Below, one piece after another: positions 12,873-26,108 of a DNA stretch of 64,000 nt (position 1 is its first letter; every line of letters starts with the position of its first letter). A program made the position numbers and the translations under genes. The DNA is from Bispira polyomma (Eukaryota), in NCBI GenBank assembly GCA_965649765.1, contig OZ287748.1:86800001-86864000 (forward strand), given 5' to 3'. The notes beneath the pieces were generated by a model that was not told where the DNA came from, did no database searches, and saw only the letters and a program-made list of their open reading frames with translations.

Positions 12873-14235
12873 GATAACGCCTCATAAAGACTAGTGTTCA
12901 TCTCTGTGTCTCCCCATAAAGAAATGTTGTCATAGGGTTGATTCATGGTCCTCTCATCCCTTTTCCATTGTCTCTTTCTTGTCTAAATATCACCAATTTC
13001 GATCCAATGGAATACAATGTCAATTTCATGCCTGTCTAAAAGTCACAGGGTGAAAAGATTAAATACCTCCCTTTTATTTGACTCTCCTCTGCTGCAGTCC
13101 CTCCCCCCCCCCCCCCTAAAAAAAGTTTTCATCCCAATGATTAATGGTCATTTGGTCAGTACACGGCCATTATTACCCATTGACATCAATTTTCAAACGT
13201 GTACAGAAGGCTAGGACAAATACCCTGGGGGTCAGATTACCATAGTTTCTCATATCAATTAGTTGTCTTTTAACAGTCATTTTCTAGAAGAAGAAAAAAA
13301 CTACCACAGTTTTAAAATGCAACTTTTTTTGACCTTGATTACCATAGTACTTCATATCAATTAGCTGTCTTTGAAAAAAAAATTCTGAAGAGATAAAACA
13401 TTATTACTTTTTTTAAATGCTATACTTTTTACATTGATTACCTAATTATTTTTTAAATAATTATTCAGCATATTTAACTACACTTTTTATTATTTTTAAA
13501 TTAAATTATAATTTTGTTGTAAAAAAACAAAATTGCCTTTAATTTGTTATTCATCATTTTAGTTGCCATGTTAAAGATATGCATGTATATTTTGTGCACT
13601 AATAGTCTGCCTCTGATATCACTTATTATAAGCTCAAGGTCATGCAGTGAGGACATTGCTTAAGACAAGAAGATGACAAGCATCTATTTTATTTTTGGCA
13701 TACAATATAAAATGAGAACATACATTAAGCATGAAAATAATCTACTACACTATTACTTACATTACCACAGCTTAATTATGCTGTGATATTCTTCTAATCT
13801 AAATTTTCTTTCCTTGCACAGTTTCTCCCTCAGAATATGGAACTCAAACTGCCGATAATCATTTATGTAACTCAGAATAAGAGTCCATAGACAAAGCCAG
13901 AGACATAATGGAGAAAGTAATATAGTTCTCAGGCCGATAAGGTAAACTAAAAGTTTGGTCGAATAGAAATGATTTGAGTCGTTACCGAAATCATTTAATG
14001 TAATTTATACTAATATTATACCAAAATTAGCTAAGTGTATAAACTACTATGCATTCAATAACAGGGTGAGTATTACTGATAATATTCCATCATGTGAAAC
14101 AATAGTCACCTAAAAGTTACTACTAAATGTCAGTTAAACTTGAAGTATTTAAAGCAAATAGACAATCATTAGTCTACCTTTTACTTGACACAACACATTC
14201 GTCTAGAAATCTGTATCACTTTGGGTCTCTTAACC

Positions 14236-14335
14236 ATAATCAGTATGACACTTATACCCTGTTTAGACTAATCCGAATTGACACGGATTTCGGATTAAAC
14301 CAGATTCAGCTAAATCTGGGTTTAGTGTCTAGACT
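14236..14335. mobile_element. small Harbinger-like MITE remnant
   Basis: accctgtttagacta ... tagtgtctagact inverted ends with internal aatccg/cggatt inverted motifs. Confidence 0.35.
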
Positions 14336-17221
14336 ACAAAACCCAGATTTTAACTGTTAACCATTGTAAGTAAATGGTTTCAGATCATTTACATACTATA
14401 CTGACATATTAAGGTTTATATTAAACACATTTTAAGAACCTCATATAATTTCACCTTGCTTCATAAAGCCTGTAGTTATTTAAACTCAATTCTAATAATT
14501 TCCCTGTGAAGAACATTTGTTGTTATTTGATAATTAGTTAGACAAAATACAACTCTTCAATAAACACATTAAATGAGAAGCCTAAGATGTGCCTGCTAGT
14601 TTTAATTATTACACTTTTCTCTCTTTGAGGGTTTTTGATGATATTACAAGATGATATTTGACAAAAAACTTTAAAGTAAATAAGGAACACATATTGTTCT
14701 GTTATTAACATATTTTACCAATGTCTTAAAAGATCATCAATCTTCCTGCTTGGGGAATTTGCTATTATTTTAGGCCTTATAGCAATTTTACAAAGCAATA
14801 AAAGACTCCAGGAGTAATAAGTACCCATAAAGTTACTAACAACCTTATCTTTCCTATGGTTTATGGGCGTGTATTATTTCAATAAATGCTTTATGATCCC
14901 TTCAGATTGTATATCTGTGTACTGATAAAACGTTATTTTGGTGTCTGTTACTACCAAACATAAACAATCAGAACAAATTAAAATCTATTAAATAAATAAC
15001 ACAAAGAGTAATAAACAGATAAAGATTAATGTAAATATCGTTTGCATACTTTTTGTCATAATATAATTTTTTAACTCTCACTATTATTGTTAATATTATT
15101 TGTTAATCTTACATAACATTAATAATATAACAGATCTCTTCTGATGGTAACACTTGTTAAATTTAAGATTTTTTTAGTGAACCATTTGTGATGGACATAA
15201 AATTGAAATTGGCAATGTGTTTTTTTTAATTATCTACAGCCTAGAAAAAAATGATACAAGTAAATGTATCTTTTGTGGAGAAGCTAATATGTACATAACT
15301 AAGATTTCCTTCCTTTGTTTATGAGATACCAGATATGTTACCTTTAGAAAACGGTAGGTTTCATTCAACTGCAAATTGAAAGTCTTTCAAGATTGCCAAC
15401 TAGCTTGCTTCCTGTAGAATTAACTCGTTATGGACCACTGAACTTCAGTTGGGCAAATTGATATCGACTAGGAAAACAACTGAAGTAATGTTTATAAATT
15501 GCTGTAAAATCAAGTGTTGACACTTTTGTGTCTCCTTTCAATAAAATAGGATGACTGTGTATCAATTTTTATTGGTAAACCAACCAAAGAAACAATTTCC
15601 CACCAGCAAGGAACAGTTTTACAAGAATCATTTAATGGTAAGATCTGTCATAGCCTTTCAGAAGGCGCAGAGATTAATATATAAAATTAAAAGTCAAATA
15701 CACTATATATGACAGAAAGTGATATCTCTACTAACTAAGTACATTTTCTGTAGAGAACTAACTTGTAGAAAGTTCCTAAATATAAATATGAAATATATCT
15801 TTATTATTTTTTATTTGTTTTAATTATTTTTTTAATAATGAGCCAGCAACAAGGCTATGTGCATTAATTCCATTAGCCCCGGAATAAGCTTTCCCAGGTT
15901 TCACAAAGAAAACGCGGCCAACCTAACTTTTTCCACTCAATAAAATACATCTTTGAGGAGTCGCCTGAAATTGAATATCTTCTGTGATGACATATAGACA
16001 TTTTAAAAAGGTTTCAAAAGGATCATTGAAAATTCTCTCTCGGCTATTCAGGGAGGCAATTATGGCACTTAACAGTGTGTATTGATTTGAGAGTCATTTT
16101 AACAACTGCAAATCTTATAGATCTTACAACAGACACTAACAGATAATGATGCAATGAATAAAGCTAAGACCTGCACGAAAAGAACATACCCACGCTTGTT
16201 TCTTGCAGTTAAAATAATGAGCTCAATGAAGACATTCTATGGGGTTTGTAAATATGTTAGTTTGTGTTGTTCATTCTAAATACCTTATTTACAAATGATA
16301 TCAGTGATAACCCCCCCCCCCCCCCCCAGCCCCATATTTTCTGAAGTTTATAAAACATAAATTACATATGTCTACAACACCATATCGACCAAAACCATTA
16401 GCTCTTTTTGACTTGAGTAACTCAACCTATGAGTTTATCAAAAGCTGTGTAAAATAAAGGTGAAATGCATGTACTGTTGCATTTAATTTCCTTTTTTTTT
16501 TCTTTTTGATGGTGGGGGGGGGGGGGGGGGCATTTCTGATGTAATACTTCTTCGAGATTTATTTTTACATTGTTTTCAGTGGACAGATTTACGAAGCTGT
16601 AGAATACCATCTAGTGATATAATGAACTTAACACAAGCCACAATAACTCAATGGAATGCAAGACTTAGATTGAGTATAGGGTCAGTGATTATTTTCTTGT
16701 GTAGAGAGCTATACCATTTCTGTTTCGTGAAAAAAATCCCATATTAACTAATTTTTGCCAATGCCATTTCTTTTTGTTGGCATCGGGAAAAGAACTTGAA
16801 TAAAAAGCAACAGTGACTTGAATATAATGCAAAATAAGGCTCTATGTATACAACAAGATACCAAAAAAAGGACTGTGGTGCTTGAGAACATTCACTGGTG
16901 GCATCTTTAGCGACAAACAAAATGCTACAACTGATGTTAGATCATCAAATAGATCAAGTACACTCTCTTTAGTAAAACAGCAATCATGCAAAAACAAAAG
17001 TTAGAACCATTAATATGTACACTATAAAAGGGTTGTGGTCCCTGCTAATGCTGTTTCACCATTGCAGCAAGCAATAGCACACGTTTGTTATTTCTTTTGT
17101 TGTTTAATAAGCCATTAAAACAGACAATGACAGGCTGTGTGCCTTTTTTCAAAAAGTTAATTCTGCTTGTCAGCCAAGTGACAATAATCTTCCAACCCTG
17201 GGAAAATAGCTGTGGGAAATT

Positions 17222-17353
17222 ATCATCTTGCTCCTTTTTATTTCAAAATATTCCAATTTTAATTTGTTATACTGTGTTTCAAAATTGATCATCTTGCTCC
17301 TTTTTATTTCAAAATATTCCAATTTTAATTTGTTATACTGTGTTTCAAAATTG
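17222..17353. repeat. perfect 66-bp tandem duplication
   Basis: atcatcttgctcc...tgtttcaaaattg occurs twice. Confidence 0.95.
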
Positions 17354-18946
17354 AAGGTAACTGAAATTTACAGAAATTAATTAACATGTAAATCACTGTA
17401 TAAGAATTGTTACTGGAAGAGTAGTTTTTTGTCAACTGGAAATTAAAGGTACAAATAATCTTAATCAAACCGTGAAAGCTCCTAAAGTGCATTCTTTGAA
17501 TGAATATTTTTTTCCTACCCCTCCTTATCCTACTGTATGGGGGAGTTAAAGAACACAGGGGTTATCTAGTTGATTCAAATAAATCATGAGTATGCATCTA
17601 ATATCGTTCATAGAAAGTCAACAATTGACATTACCAATGATATGCCGCAAATCCCTTTTATCCTGTTTGTTTGCAACTTCCCTCCGCCATTTTCTAGGTA
17701 TTTGCTTTGGATCATATACTGTTTAATCAAACAGGTATACAGTCAATGGGAAAACATTTAAGGAACCTCAGTGTCCCACCAAAAGTCAAAACTAACCTCA
17801 TTTGCTTACTTAAAGAAAACTTTCTTATTTCATCCATGTCATGGATATCTTTGAAGACCATCTCACAAATATACACTAGAAATATTTGTTATACGGAGGC
17901 TTAAATTGATTCCTTCTATATATTTATGTAATATTATAGCCCCATTGCAAACAAAGCTGGGCCTACATTCGTACAAGAGAGAGGTCTATATGTGTATTGA
18001 ATAGAGACAGCCGTCCCAAGTGAAATGTCAGTGCATTGAAATCCCCGCTTAGGAGAAGATCCTATCATACGTTCAACGCTGTCATCTGCTTTCTTACTGT
18101 CAATAAGACGGGGCTCAATCCTTCTTTGTTCATCTCTGACAAAAACACCCACTTTTCTTTTAAAAAGAAGTTTAAATATGTGGAATAAATTGCATTGTAC
18201 TGTTTTAAACGAATATCAGTGGGCAAAGGTTTCTCTTTACACCCCTCTAAGGCCTAAAATTTATTTGAGATGCAGAATGCAAATTTGATGGACGTCTTAT
18301 TTGATTTGTAATATAGTGGGCATCAGCTAAGGTATAACTTTGTGAAATGAGAATATAAAAACTGTCACAAACTGGTAAAGATTTGAAATTATAACAAATG
18401 TATCATCATTCACCTTCTTTCTTGGATGAAGGCTTTGTTAGCTTGCCTCCATCCTTATGATTGAAGATGTTAATACATATACAAGTTAAAGGCTAATGCC
18501 ATTTCCTACAACTGAAGACATAATCACCGTGACGCCATTGATCACATGGAATTGTGAAAAGTTGAGACTATTAGTATAATAAAATTAGAAACTGTTATAT
18601 AACTGTTTAGTTTCACAGTTCTGATACCTCTTTGTGAAGTTACTATGCAACAATTATAACTTTCATACTCTCAAATAGTTCAGGTCTACCATGCTCATGT
18701 AGGTTTCAGGAATGGTTTTAGTTGGTGTTAGTTATAGTGTGTTTTTATCCAAAGGTAGAGCTATCCAGTTTTGGGCTTCAGTTTTCTGCTAGATGTTGAA
18801 AATTTTGCAAGTTGTATTAATCTTACCTTCATTGATACTATGATCTGATATGAAAATTAGTCTTTGTAATCAAAATACTTACATCATTTACATCATTTTT
18901 GACTTAATACAAAATTAACACTCTTTACCTCTAGCTTATGATGCAT

Positions 18947-18977
<31 letters not shown>

Positions 18978-21900
18978 GGGGGGGGCTAGTAGACTTGCTG
19001 GCTGAAGGCAGGTGTTTTGCAGAGCAGAAAGCCTTGACAAGCTTTCCTATTCTGATTAATTTCATCTATTAAATCATCACTACCCATCGTGATATGACAC
19101 AAAAAAGTACTTAAAGTGACGTCACAAGCCCAAACCTATACTTTGGTATACCTGTTTTTCTTTAAAAAAACAGGACACTTTAAATTGGACTCTACTGTTT
19201 TTCTGGTTATACTTTCATACATATAGAGTACATTTAGAAAACCACAGTCTTAAGTTAAAATATAAATAATGAAGCAAAAGAACAGGGGGCATATTTTATT
19301 CTGATTTTCACGGGTTTCTATATATAAAAGGGTGAATCTCGCACCTAGAGGTCATTAGGGACGAACAACAAGAAATGTCCTCCCCAAGTTCGCACAAGCG
19401 CCTATTGTTGAGTGTGAAATGGACACATCCCCTCAGCTGATTGACAGGTCCCGGACATGTCACCACCTTTCATTTGTTAAAACACACAAACCTTAAATAT
19501 GAATGTACAAAGACTCATCAATGGACCTCTCTGTGTACAGATTACAATTACAGATTTCATTTGGTGTGTGTGGATTTAACTAAATTGTGGAAATGTCTCT
19601 ATTATTTCAATTATTATTCCCTCCTATGTATATATATTAAGCAATGTGTCAGTCAGTCACACCTATGAATGAGTTCGACTCTCTTGTGGGGAGCCTGTGT
19701 ATTAGTCAGATAGGATGTTTTTAATGAACATTTTAAACCACAGGGTATTTATGTGCATCTATACTATTGGGTATATGCAAAAAAAATTGATGATATTATG
19801 TGTTAAATACTAGTAGTTACCTTTTTTTCTTCTAAATCTTTTAATTTTTGCTGCTTTAATGATTTTGCATTGCACAAACATTTTTTACTGCTTTTATTGA
19901 TGAAAAAGTTACTAATTTAACTAGTGCTTGATGGTTCATTACACAAACAACAGATATCAGTTTATCAAGAGCTGACAGTAATGGGATTAAGAGGCCATAT
20001 GTTTCCCCCAGTTTGAGTAGAAACTTAAACTTAATGATGAATCCTAAAGGCTTTGCATTAATCTGAGGTTCATCGGGAACTATTTATTGAAACCCAAGTG
20101 TTTAATTTAAAGATCAAATTATTCCTATTCATTTAACCACTCCCATTTAATGTCATTCAAATATATCATCAGGATAAGGATCTTTGTACTAAGTTAAACT
20201 GTCTCAAATCAAAATAAATAAGTTATTATTGCATCTATTTCTAATCACATAGACCTCACACTAATACTTGATATCAAATTTATCTATTAAGAACACAACA
20301 TCCATTTGATACTTAACTGTGTGAATGGCTCTAATAGAATACACTGCTTTGGAAAAAGTAAACATTTAAAAATGAATCATAATAATTATCAACCTACATT
20401 AGTAAATAACATCATCACAATATCCACATTTAAAGTAAAGTAGCACTTTTTTAGGTTTAATTTTTGTTTTGTTTTTAATTGGCTACCACTAAAATTCTTG
20501 AATATTATCATTTAAATATGTGTTTTAGGTTTACAAGTTAATTAACAACTTAATACCAATATAATCAATCAGCATTAGTTTTTATTAAGATCACACTAAA
20601 ATATTATATTTTAGGCATTATCCACCCTACACATACAGTAGGGGAGTGATAGAAATCTTTAGAAATAGGTCCCCACATTTTTTTCAGTTGGAAATGTTCT
20701 ATTTTTTAAACCTTTCAAATTAAAGGCGTCACATTAAACAAATCATTAATTTTCTCATCGGAAACGCACAAGTAACAGAGAACTTAAAAGAAATTGCTCA
20801 ATCCGGAAATCAGGTTCCTTTTCAAGCCAAATCACGTTGATCACTGCAGTGTTTAATCAAGTTGAAATCTGATCTTTTATTATACAGAAAAGTCACATCA
20901 TTTGGGTCCCTAGGTCAACATTTGAATACTGCCACACAGTCCACGAATTAATGCAATTCAAATGTTAGTATTTGTGCGGGACGATTAAGGTAAGCATCAG
21001 TTCAAGCCCTCTGTCACATCTTAAGGGCCAGTTTTTAACATATTAAACATACACTGGGTTATTTAAACATATAAGAAATCCCTTTATACCTTCTCGAGGC
21101 AGAAACTTACGGTTGAAATGTTAATTTATTTATCTCTATAGGTTGCAAATTGGTAGTTATGATACTGTCGTTTGAATTATTGAGCCCTAAACTTAATGAA
21201 GACTATATAATACAATGCTTAATATGACTAAAACTGAATAAATACAAATGCCATGTTAATCTATAAATAAAACCTGACTTTCAGTGCAAACTTAAGATCT
21301 TTTTATTTTCATCTACACAAAAAAAAAACAAAAAAACTAAGGGACTCGTGTGACTTTTAGGGGACTAATAACACATATAAAGGTATAGCTTTTGAACTAT
21401 TGGCTTGCCACTTCATTATTGGGACATAGCCTGTGTAAGATCGACAATATTTAGAGAGACTTCAACCGAGGCAAGATAAATAGATATAATTGGACATTAG
21501 CAGGCCCTTTTGGCCACAGGGGTGAATGGGCCAAACAAACAAGATACCGAATATACACACAAATAAAGTCTAAATAGCAAATATATCATTATCCTGAAAA
21601 TATAACTATATATATAGAAGTTAGATTTAACAGAAACATGTTTTTTTTTTTGTTGTTTTTTTTTTTGTAAATTTTCACATTTTTATTAATGCATTACGTG
21701 ATTTGTGCAAACGTACCTATTATTTTATTATTTTCGTGATTTCCAGAGAGAATTTATATTATTGTAAGTGCCACCTGCACGAATGACAACATATCACATT
21801 GCAAAAATAAAAAGCAGTATAACATTGTTCTATAATAATTTCACATAGTAAATGAGACTTAAAATTAAGCTTGACTTAACATTACAACCAACCCATATGA

Positions 21901-24501
21901 ACTGGGCTTATGAGGCATACTATGATCCATCACTGATGATGTTAAATGGTTTTGTTTAATTTATATACGATATTGATGAATTACATACAATGGTTAGTAT
22001 GGTATATGAACGTCAGATTAACCTTAATCTGTTGTGTGTTTTATAGTGGTAACACATACATTAAAGCAAAAAATTATATGAGCTTTTCTGCCGTCTGTTC
22101 ATTTTATTTCTTAGTTTGTATTCAGTGATTTAAAATATAAAGTAAAACATATCTCTCAAAAGGTCAAACATCCCACAACTTGTGACGTTGTGATACACTG
22201 GGCGCAAAAAAATTATGGACACATACTGTGTATTAAAGTTAACACTGCAAGGGAGAGAGAAAATTTTTTTTTTTATTCAATATTGTTTGTTAATCTATAG
22301 TAAACAAAGTATTCTACCACCCAGAGTATGCTTTCCTCGCCTAATCCTGCTCGTGTTACCAGTGATGTAAATACTTCAAAATGATAGATTTTAATAAATA
22401 TATATATCACAATGTTTATCTCACAGAATATATTTGATCTTATTTAAAAGGGGTGAGGAAATCAGTTTATTTGGTATTAGTTTGTGGACAGCTCACCGCT
22501 TTCACAATTTGGACAAACTCGGCCCCCTTTCTGTGTGTGAAAACTTTGCCCCACTCAAATAAACCCTCAAATATACACATAAAAAAACTCTGCCTAATGT
22601 AAATTCTAATGTATTTTAGGTAACATATATATTGAAAAGTAATTCAGTATTTAAAATATAAAGATTTCAGCCATAAAAAAAAATTTTCGACATTGAGTTA
22701 ACGTTAAAATCAGAGTGTATATAGTCGCCTTGTATTTGAAAAGCATGGATCAATTCAAAAATGTTATTTCATTTGACAAAAAACCAAAAAAAAAAAAAAA
22801 CACTAAAATAAAACCCAGTAACAGTTGACAAATCTGTCTAGGAGGTTGCTCCCTTTTCCCCTATGCCACTTGCCCATTCTTTCTCCTTTTTCTACCTGGT
22901 TTAACTCACAAAATGGCCCTCCTCTACATCAAACAGAGTCCATTAGCTCTAATACTGCTCAAAGTCACTCTCTGAACAAACGCCACACGCGTTTCATTAG
23001 ACGACAAGAAGAGACATATTTAAAAAACTAAAGTCATTGAAACCCGTGCTGTTCTCCGCCCCCGGCTTTGAAACTATTCTTGGTGTCATTTAACATTTCA
23101 CGGCCAAATTATCTTTATTTTCTAAATATCACAACTTCTGTTATCCTTTGCTACTCCCCCTCATCCCTTTCACTCATCCCCATCTCCTCCAAAAAGTAGC
23201 CTTAAAACCACAGATCTCAAATTATGCCAATGAATGGTTTAATCTAGACTGTGATAAAGATAATGAAGATTTTTATATAACAGTTTGGGGCGGTTTTGAA
23301 TACTTCTTTTTTGTCCCCTTTCCTTTTTTGGATGAAAAAAATGTTGCTAGTACAGAGGGTACCATTGTAGCATCAACAAGGGGCCAAGTCCCAGCACTTC
23401 TCTCTAAACAAGAGACCTTGCTGTCAGCGCATATTAATAAAGCACCATGAAAATGATGAGTCTTAATACTGTAATTGGAGATTTAATTTTATTAACAATT
23501 TTCATCTACACAGGTCCCAGCCATTGTACAGAGACACGGTGATTATCAATGGGCAAATGTCATCATATAATAATATCTCTGTTTTCTCCCCGACAAGTAG
23601 TGTTTTATGAGCCCCACAGAATGCTGAAAACCTACACTATTGTGGATTCAAATGGGATGACACAAGAAGGAATAATAGGCTCACATTTATGCAATGGGCA
23701 AAATTCCTTCAGCAAAGACTTGGTTTTGTGGGGGGGCTCTTTGACAGTATCTGACAGTCCCAAACTGTGAGAAGGAGAATCTCTTTAGAAATTAGGAAAT
23801 ATAATGACCTACAGAGGGACTGAATTATCTATAGTTTTTTAAACAGAGATATTCATCCCACAAATTCTTGAAAGTAAACAACTGGTCTAACTCCTTTTAA
23901 CATCCAAACCCCGTGAGAAACCCATCACACAAAAACAGCAAGATACAAGAATCCCATTATTAAATACAGAATCTTCTTCTTGAATTGTTCTAGACCCTGA
24001 AGCGATAAAAATGAAAGGTAACAAAGCTTATTTTATATGTTTTTATTGGTTGGAGATTTTCCTTAAAATATTTATATCAATCTTAATATTTCGAAGTTTA
24101 GTTTATTGTTTGCCTTACACAAAGGTGGTTGTGACTTACTTTAAACACCATTGATTTGTATTATTTTCAGTTTTCTATGTTTGTAATACGTTTGTTTAGT
24201 TTGCCTCCTACAGTTTTTAGATCAGTTGATCTTAATCACAATATGGTTGGGTTTTTTAAAGTTTTTATCAACTGGTGGTACATTATCAAGAATGCTACAA
24301 AGCACATAGATGTGTCTAAAAAAGGATATCATTGTACATAACAATTACCAATAAATACATCCCATGATTTGATGGAATTTATGAATTGTCTATTCCATGC
24401 AATAATCTTAGGATTGTTATTTCAATGATAAAGCCTTTCACCAAGTGTGCATGTAATAACTATTGGCTAAATTTAGTCTAACTTGTAACTTGTCTTTAAT
24501 C

Positions 24502-24581
24502 TAACTTTGAACAACTGCATATTATATTGCGATGGGTACTTTAACTTTGAACAACTGCATATTATATTGCGATGGGTACTT
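24502..24581. repeat. perfect 40-bp tandem duplication
   Basis: taactttgaacaactgcatattatattgcgatgggtactt occurs twice. Confidence 0.95.
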
Positions 24582-24592
24582 TATCGAAAGTA

Positions 24593-24806
24593 CATTGGCG
24601 TTCATAATACTGGTTGGGTCATAATACCGTCCATTGCATTTTTGAAGAACTTATCGATGGAAATTAATATTGAAAACACATACTACTTAATGCCTATGAA
24701 TTAAAGTACAGAATAACTTTAATTTATTTTAAAGAAATTTACGTTTTAGACATTAAAATGTGCGTCGAACAGTTTTGTGACTTGACCGGTATTATGAACG
24801 CCCTTG
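24593..24806. mobile_element. mariner-type MITE with TA target site
   Basis: TIRs ta-cattggcgttcataatactggttgggtca / tgacttgaccggtattatgaacgcccttg-ta. Confidence 0.7.
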
Positions 24807-24851
24807 TAGTGATATTAAAGTACACGCTTATCATTACCAGGCTACCATGAC

Positions 24852-24854
<3 letters not shown>

Positions 24855-24895
<41 letters not shown>
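24855..24895. repeat. (TA)n microsatellite
   Basis: About 20 TA units. Confidence 0.95.
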
Positions 24896-24898
<3 letters not shown>

Positions 24899-25331
24899 GT
24901 GGCTAAGAATCAAATCCTGACTTCAGAAATGAGAGACAAGAGTGTTTCATTACACCAACAAGCCCTGACTTGTGTATGGCAACATATGGCCTGGTGAACA
25001 TATGGAAAAGTTGGTTTGATGATAAAGGGGTCTCTAGTTCAACTCCTTAAATTCCACAGTACAGTGGTCATTGGGAGCTAACATGTGATGTGAACTCACA
25101 ATGGCCACCTAATAATAATGATAATAGAAACATTTATATAGCGCAAAATTGATAATTATCAAGCAAAGGTGGTTACCGTGTGAGCGCCAACCAGGGAGTA
25201 ACTTAAGTAATGTGGTAATGTACAACGGTATATTTTAGGACTATACCTTCTCAGACAAAAACAGGCCTAAAGGATACATTGTCTTCAACTCGGTGGTTTT
25301 AGTGGTCTATGATTTCACCAACAATCTGTGG

Positions 25332-25442
25332 GAAAACAAATATATAGTCATTTTATAGAATTATATATTTGGCCTAAACTAATTTTTTGAAAACAAATAT
25401 ATAGTCATTTTATAGAATTATATATTTGGCCTAAACTAATTT
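25332..25442. repeat. 57-bp tandem duplication
   Basis: gaaaacaaatatatagtcattttatagaattatatatttggcctaaactaatttt occurs twice. Confidence 0.9.
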
Positions 25443-26108
25443 AGTTTCAAAATACTACATTAGATATCATTCACACATAGCTATAGTTAAATAACTTATT
25501 GCAAACTTGCATGTTAGGGTAATAAAAATAAACACAGATATTTTTTTATTATTAAAATTATAATCTGTAAGTTATAGACATATTGTATTGTATTAAAATT
25601 ATACTCAGTAAATTTATCTGCCTTTATCTGGTATATTTAAAGCATTAATTTTAATTTTCTTGACTGTCAAAGTACAGCCAACACCTGTTACTGTCATTCA
25701 TTTAACAGAAGATAGGTCTTAAGGATGACTATTTATCAACATCACCATAGTTATTTAAACTCAGATAGAACCCAATGACAGAAGACTGTCAGCTAATGGA
25801 CTCTTTTTGATGTAGAGGGGAGCGTTTTGTGAGTGGTAATTCATAGTAATTCTGTGTCTGCCTGTACCTGGTAGCCCAGGCTGGAATCAAAACCAGCTCT
25901 TCTGTGATTCTGTACACAGTGCCAGATAAGTCAAATTTCTGGCAGACATATATGGACAAATAACATCATGGAAGTAAGCAAGTTGTTTCAATTGTTATGT
26001 GATGAGGTAATTATGTAAAATTTTATAGATTATTCTTTGTTGGATTAAAAATCAATTTAAGATATTTAATTGTGAAGTTGCTTTAAAAAACCTAGGAGAC
26101 TTGAAGAC

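Noticed and set aside
18413-18506. Possible minus-strand exon (tgtag...gaag|gtgaat)
   Set aside because: Stops in all three frames and no partner exons.
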